Under the pieces are notes generated by a model. It did no database searches, was not told the origin of the DNA, and saw only the letters and a list, made by a program, of their open reading frames with translations. 64,000 bases of DNA from Nitrososphaeria archaeon (lineage in GTDB: Archaea; Thermoproteota; Nitrososphaeria; Geothermarchaeales; JDFR-13). Where the stretch lies: assembly GCA_027078545.1 (NCBI GenBank), contig JALWXN010000004.1, positions 832,001 through 896,000 on the forward strand, in the 5' to 3' direction. Position numbers and translations under genes: made by a program. This document shows positions 59,355 to 64,000 of the stretch, piece by piece. Each line of letters starts with the position of its first letter. Positions within the stretch are counted from its first letter, which is position 1.

Positions 59355-59425
59355 GGGATCAGCACTTAAAGGAGTCTTCATCACCCCTCCCATAGGGGCT
59401 CATATTCACCTCCCTCATCATCCCC
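59355..59425 (-). ncRNA. Box C/D guide sRNA
   Basis: GGGG-ATGATGA(C)-GGGAGGTGAAT-ATGA(D')-hairpin-GTGATGA(C')-AGACTCCTTTAAGTG-CTGA(D)-TCCC; terminal stem; intergenic. Confidence 0.9.
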
Positions 59426-59463
59426 AATATTTATTCAGGCCTCTATGGATATGAGGCTGGCCA

Positions 59464-60615
59464 CTATAGACGCCTACTCCTCTCCACCGCCTCGTATACG
59501 GGTAGGCCCCTCTTCCCAAGCTCCCTGATCCATAGCATCGGCTCCTCCACCTTCTCAGGCGGAGTGACGCCTTTAGGCACCTTACCCTGTACAAGCATCT
59601 CCAATCCGGCCACAGCTCCAAAGGCTGTCGTAACGGCAGTTACTCCCGCGTCCCACTCCTCAATGCCCTGCACCGGGCCTAGGTAGTATGTCAGCCTGGC
59701 CTCCTCCCCCTCATACACACCTCTAAGCTCCACCTTTAGACAGCCATACGTCCTTGGATCCTCCCTCGGCTTCAGGAGTGTACCCACCACGTGGAGGGGC
59801 TTCACCTTCACGCCGAGGACGTCTATCTCCTCCCTACTGGTCAGGCCGGACCTCCTAAGGAAGTCTAGCACGGGGAATATCGACTCGTCCCACGTATCCT
59901 TATATGTTATTGTCTCTACACCCTCCAATGTGTATGGTAGTGTGGCCAGCTCACTATGTATTATCGCATAGGTATACATGTACCCGATGGGGTCTGGGAA
60001 GTAGGTGAGCTCCTTCTCACTCAGGGGTGGAAGCTCCACTAGGCGGCCCTTGATATAGGCCACCGCATTCATCGAGGCCTCATCCATTATCGTGACCACG
60101 GAGAAGCCGAAGAGATCCTCCTCGCCACCCTTGCTGCCCCACCTGATATGGATCTCCCTCACACTATCCATCTTGTCATAACCTATCCTTGCCAGGATGT
60201 TGCTCGTCCCAGGATCGTCACCAGCACCTAGGAGTAGTGAGAGACCCCTCCTCCTAACCTCCTCGTCCCACTCGAGCTCCTTCCTAGTCATCCAGTATAG
60301 GCCGCCCAGGTCTAGCATATCCCTACCAGCCTTCAGCATCGCCTTTATAGCGTGGATGTTGAACTCGTACCACGCAGCGTTTATGACGTAGTCCCCCCTC
60401 CTCATCTGCTGGGCGGTCAGGTCTATATCCCTTATATCACCCTTCTCAAGTATCACCTTCTCACTGCCTAGGGACTCGACGAAGGGCTTAGCGGCCTCCA
60501 CGTTATAGTCTACGGCGTATATCCTACCCACCTTCTCATTCCTGACGAGATCTCTAAGTATTACCCTACCAACATTCCCCAGGCCTATGAGGACGACATC
60601 GTAGCTACTCATCAC
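59464..60615 (-). CDS. Saccharopine dehydrogenase-family oxidoreductase
   Basis: IGLGNVG Rossmann motif, DLGG, GAGDDPGTSN, HSELATLP and KGVTPPE. Confidence 0.88.
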   Translation of the reverse strand: MMSSYDVVLIGLGNVGRVILRDLVRNEKVGRIYAVDYNVEAAKPFVESLGSEKVILEKGDIRDIDLTAQQMRRGDYVINAAWYEFNIHAIKAMLKAGRDMLDLGGLYWMTRKELEWDEEVRRRGLSLLLGAGDDPGTSNILARIGYDKMDSVREIHIRWGSKGGEEDLFGFSVVTIMDEASMNAVAYIKGRLVELPPLSEKELTYFPDPIGYMYTYAIIHSELATLPYTLEGVETITYKDTWDESIFPVLDFLRRSGLTSREEIDVLGVKVKPLHVVGTLLKPREDPRTYGCLKVELRGVYEGEEARLTYYLGPVQGIEEWDAGVTAVTTAFGAVAGLEMLVQGKVPKGVTPPEKVEEPMLWIRELGKRGLPVYEAVERSRRL

Positions 60616-60703
60616 GGGTCACTGGATACCCTTTTAAGAGGCGATTCATTATCACCCCATGTATATAGTCAGCATCAATAAATAGGTGTAGAGCCCGGTG
60701 GGC

Positions 60704-63442
60704 CTAGTCCCTAGGGTTGAGTATGTTTGCCTGTGCAGCCGCCAGCCTGGCGGGTATTATCCTATAGGGACTCGCACTTACATAGTCTAGCCCCGCCATA
60801 TGGAGGAGGTGTATCGAGTCTGGGTCTCCACCATGCTCCCCACAGATACCTATCTCAATATTCCTCTTTACACTCCTCGCCTTCTCCACACAGATCCTTA
60901 TCAGCTGGCCCACACCCTCCCTGTCAAGTGTCTGGAATGGGTTTGTCTTTAGTATGCCTAGCTCGAGATACTTAGCCATAAACTTGTTCTCCACATCGTC
61001 CCTGCTGAAGCTGAAGACGGCCTGTGTAAGGTCGTTTGTGCCGAAGCTGAAGAAGTCGAGCCTCTTGGCCAGCTCATCTCCGAGTAGGGCGGCTCTCACA
61101 GTCTCTATCATCGTCCCTATCTTCACGTCCAGCTCGACGCCATACTCCTCCTCAACCTCCCTGATCATTGGTCTGAGGATGTTGTCCACCACGTAGTCGA
61201 CCTCCTCGGGTATCGCCACCTGTGGGATCATTATCTCCGTCCTAGGCCTATAGCCCTCCTTGATAAGCTCGGCAGTCGCCTCGAGTATCGCCTTGGCCAG
61301 CCCCCTATAGATCTCTGGGTGGGTTATGCCCACCCTCACACCCCTATGCCCCATCATCGGGTTTGCCTCCTCAAGGGCTGTGACACGTCTATACAGCTCC
61401 TCCAGCTCAGCGGTATCCTCACCCCTCTCCCTAGCCTCGTAGATCCTTTTGAGGAGCTCCCTAGAGTCGGGTAGGAACTCGTGGAGAGGAGGGTCTATAA
61501 GCCTGATAACCACTGGGAGGCCATCCATCACCTTGAGAACCTCCTTGAAGTCTGGCTTTATCATCTCGGCCAGCCTCTCCATGTTATGCATCCTCTCCTC
61601 CGGTGACTGGCTCAGGATTACGCTCCTAAGCACCTCTAGCCGCTCAGGCTTCCTGAACATCCTCTCAATCCTCAGCAGGCCTATGCCCTCCGCCCCGAAC
61701 CTCCTAGCCGTCTCTGCGTCCTCGGGGAGGTCTGCATTGGCCCATACACCCAGCCTCCTGAAGCTGTCAGCCCACTCGAGGAGCGTCTCCATCTCATCAG
61801 GCCATTTAGGGGTCTCCGTCGGGACCTTGCCTAGATATATGTTCCCCGTCGAGCCGTCTATGGTTATCCATTCACCCTCCCTCACAACTACCCCGTTGAC
61901 CGTGAAGAGTTTCTCCTCATAGTTGATCTTGATGGCCTCGGCACCGACTACCGCCGACTTACCCATAGCCCTAGCCACTACAGCCGCGTGGCTCGTGTTC
62001 CCACCCTTGGACGTCAGGATACCCTTGGCCGCATAGAAGCCGTGTACATCGTCTGGGGTCGTCTCGACCCTCACAAGGATTACGTCAAGCCCCTCCCTAG
62101 CCTTCTCAATAGCAGCGTCGGGGGTGAAGACCACCACGCCTGACACCGCTCCTGGAGATGCGGGTATCCCCCTGGCTATCGGTTTTCCATTATAGTCCTC
62201 ACTTATCGATGGGTATAGGAGCTTCTCTACGTCTCTAGGGCTGACCTTCAGGACTGCCTCCTCCCTAGTTATTATCCCCTCCCTAGCCATGTCCACAGCC
62301 GTCTTGACCCTGGCCTTGGGGGTCATCTTCGCATTCCTAGCCTGGAGGAAGTATAGCCTCCCCCTCTCCACGGTGAACTCTATGTCCTGGACATCCTTGT
62401 TGATCCGCTCAAGCCTCTTAGCCTTCGTCACGAGCTCCTCATACAGCTGGTCACTTATACTCCTGAGGTACTCGATCGGCTTCGGGGTCCTGATACCTGC
62501 CACCACGTCTTCCCCCTGCGCGTTGGGGAGGAACTCGCCGTAGATCCTATCCTCACCCGTGGCTACGTCCCTTGTGAATACGACTCCTGTACCACTGTCC
62601 TCTCCCATATTGCCGAAGACCATGGCCTGTATATTTACAGCTGTGCCGTGGGCCATCTCCTCCGTGATCCTGTTTATATGCCTGTAGAAGATCGCCCTGG
62701 TGTTCATCCAGCTTCGGAAGACTGCCTTCACAGCCTCCTCAAGCTCCCTCCAGGGGTCGAGGATATCCTCTCCAAACCTCTCAACGATTATTGACCTATA
62801 CCTCTCGACGAGCTCCTCCAAGCCCTCTACACCGAGTCCACTGGGCTCCTCCGCACCATACCTACTGAGGACCTCCTCCTCAGCCTTGTTGAAGAGCTCC
62901 TTCCCTATGCCGAGGGCTATCTCGCCATACATCTGTAGGAAGCGTCGATAGGCGTCCAGTGCGAATCGCTCGTCACCAGTCTGCCTCTTAAGACCTTCCA
63001 GCGTCTCGTCGTTGAGGCCTAGGTTGAGGATGGTGTCCATCATACCTGGCATTGAGACTGGTGCCCCACTCCTCACTGATACGAGTAGTGGGTTCTCGGG
63101 GTCGCCGAATCTACGCCCCATCCTCTCCCCGAGCAACTCCATATACTTCTTAACCTCATCCATGAGGCCCCTTGGGAGCTCGAGGCTCCTCACAAGCCTG
63201 TTGATCTCCTCCTCTATACGGCTCCTCTCCTCGGCCGTGGATGCATTCACCAACTGGTTAGCAAGTCTATCCAGCTCCTTTTTAACAGGCCTGTAGAACT
63301 CGACACAGGCCTCCGTGGTTATGGTGAAGCCTGGGGGGACGGGGAAGCCGAGCTGGGTCATCTGTGCCAGGCTACTCCCCTTACCCCCTAGGAGTTTCTT
63401 ATTCTTCCAGTCCGCCTCCTCAAAGGTGTATATGTACTTCAT
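60704..63442 (-). CDS. ppdK: Pyruvate, phosphate dikinase
   Basis: LLGGKG, PLLVSVRSGA..SMPGMMDTILNLG, TSHAAVV (phospho-His), FSFGTNDLTQ and GICGEHGG. Start MKYIY at 63442. Confidence 0.98.
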   Translation of the reverse strand: MKYIYTFEEADWKNKKLLGGKGSSLAQMTQLGFPVPPGFTITTEACVEFYRPVKKELDRLANQLVNASTAEERSRIEEEINRLVRSLELPRGLMDEVKKYMELLGERMGRRFGDPENPLLVSVRSGAPVSMPGMMDTILNLGLNDETLEGLKRQTGDERFALDAYRRFLQMYGEIALGIGKELFNKAEEEVLSRYGAEEPSGLGVEGLEELVERYRSIIVERFGEDILDPWRELEEAVKAVFRSWMNTRAIFYRHINRITEEMAHGTAVNIQAMVFGNMGEDSGTGVVFTRDVATGEDRIYGEFLPNAQGEDVVAGIRTPKPIEYLRSISDQLYEELVTKAKRLERINKDVQDIEFTVERGRLYFLQARNAKMTPKARVKTAVDMAREGIITREEAVLKVSPRDVEKLLYPSISEDYNGKPIARGIPASPGAVSGVVVFTPDAAIEKAREGLDVILVRVETTPDDVHGFYAAKGILTSKGGNTSHAAVVARAMGKSAVVGAEAIKINYEEKLFTVNGVVVREGEWITIDGSTGNIYLGKVPTETPKWPDEMETLLEWADSFRRLGVWANADLPEDAETARRFGAEGIGLLRIERMFRKPERLEVLRSVILSQSPEERMHNMERLAEMIKPDFKEVLKVMDGLPVVIRLIDPPLHEFLPDSRELLKRIYEARERGEDTAELEELYRRVTALEEANPMMGHRGVRVGITHPEIYRGLAKAILEATAELIKEGYRPRTEIMIPQVAIPEEVDYVVDNILRPMIREVEEEYGVELDVKIGTMIETVRAALLGDELAKRLDFFSFGTNDLTQAVFSFSRDDVENKFMAKYLELGILKTNPFQTLDREGVGQLIRICVEKARSVKRNIEIGICGEHGGDPDSIHLLHMAGLDYVSASPYRIIPARLAAAQANILNPRD

Positions 63443-63525
63443 ATATCCACACCATTTAAACGGAGAAGGCAAAGATAGTATTCCCGAGACCCTGTTATAA
63501 ATCGATTTTGAGGTGTACATGTAAA

Positions 63526-64000
63526 ATGTACCGGATAGTCATCCACGGGGGAGCGGGAGACTGGAGAGAGAGGAATGTGGAGGCCGCTCTGAAGAGTATA
63601 GGTGAGGCCCTGGAGAGGGGGCTGGAGATCCTCAGGAGTGGTGGCACAGCCGGCGAGGCCGTGGTAGAGGCGGTAGCGTCGATGGAGGACAGTGGATATT
63701 TCAATGCAGGTATAGGCAGCAGCCTCAACATAGAAGGGGTGAGGGAGATGGATGCTGGCTACGCAGACTCAGATGGCAATATAGGGGCGGTCTCAGGGGT
63801 CAGGAGGCCTAGGAACCCGGTCAGGCTGGCCTACTGGGTAGCCATGGAGACTGACCACGTCCTACTGACGGGTGAAGGAGCCGACAGGATCTCCGCCTGG
63901 ATCGGGCTCGAGGAGATAGGTGAGATACCGAGACACGTCCTGAGGAGGTATCAAGACCTCATAACCCAGAGGAGGATCAGGGGTGAACGTAACAAGAGGG
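63526..64000 (+). CDS. Isoaspartyl peptidase / plant-type L-asparaginase (partial)
   Basis: Read directly: MYRIVIHGGAG...MEDSGYFNAGIGS...EMDA...RNPVRLA...HVLLTGEGA; runs off the window. Confidence 0.93.
   Translation, partial: MYRIVIHGGAGDWRERNVEAALKSIGEALERGLEILRSGGTAGEAVVEAVASMEDSGYFNAGIGSSLNIEGVREMDAGYADSDGNIGAVSGVRRPRNPVRLAYWVAMETDHVLLTGEGADRISAWIGLEEIGEIPRHVLRRYQDLITQRRIRGERNKR

Noticed and set aside
59359-59403. Minus-strand 14-codon ORF MSPYGRGDEDSFKC behind a perfect SD inside the sRNA
   Set aside because: Its ATG and TGA are simply boxes D' and D, and the SD spacing is very short. The C/D architecture explains the sequence better.
63443-63520. N-terminal extension of PPDK (likewise 30818, 34771, 40674, 17333 and 11964 for other genes)
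   Set aside because: The extensions run through promoter regions. Downstream starts match family N-termini, signal peptides or SD sites.
1-64000. Mobile elements, defence systems, CRISPR, tRNA and rRNA
   Set aside because: No transposase, integrase, cas, nuclease or structural RNA signatures recognised. The HD and MazG-like genes are isolated housekeeping types.

Overview
64 kb of gene-dense chromosome from a probably thermophilic archaeon, likely TACK-related. This is suggested by TATA/BRE promoters, oligo-T terminators, prefoldin, a geranylgeranyl reductase, box C/D sRNAs and an ArtH-like archaeosortase. No CRISPR array, tRNA, rRNA, integrase or transposase was seen. Routine content: a MoxR/DUF58 cluster, class II HMG-CoA reductase, two ABC-2 exporters, ZIP, FTR1 and Mn/Zn-type metal transporters with a DtxR regulator, Fe/Mn SOD, acylaminoacyl peptidase, RidA and threonine dehydratase, potBCD, an M28 peptidase, a giant S8 protease, a Liv ABC system, PPDK and a partial isoaspartyl peptidase. 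Most interesting: (i) several apparent transmembrane one-component regulatory cassettes, in which membrane-anchored wHTH proteins are paired with exported proteins whose promoters carry recognisable shared or phased motifs, including a duplicated COG2512-like regulator plus secreted helical-bundle module; (ii) an archaeosortase fused to a long, possibly GT-C-like N-terminal region; (iii) two box C/D guide RNAs absent from the ORF track, one predicted to guide the 23S Cm2498 equivalent and one with a Shine-Dalgarno-like guide; (iv) a metal ABC binding protein-permease fusion with non-canonical ligands; (v) repeated palindromic operators linking distant genes; (vi) a miniature prefoldin-beta-like gene and an EamA gene that appears to need a CTG start. 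All family assignments are from motif recognition by eye; no database searches were run.
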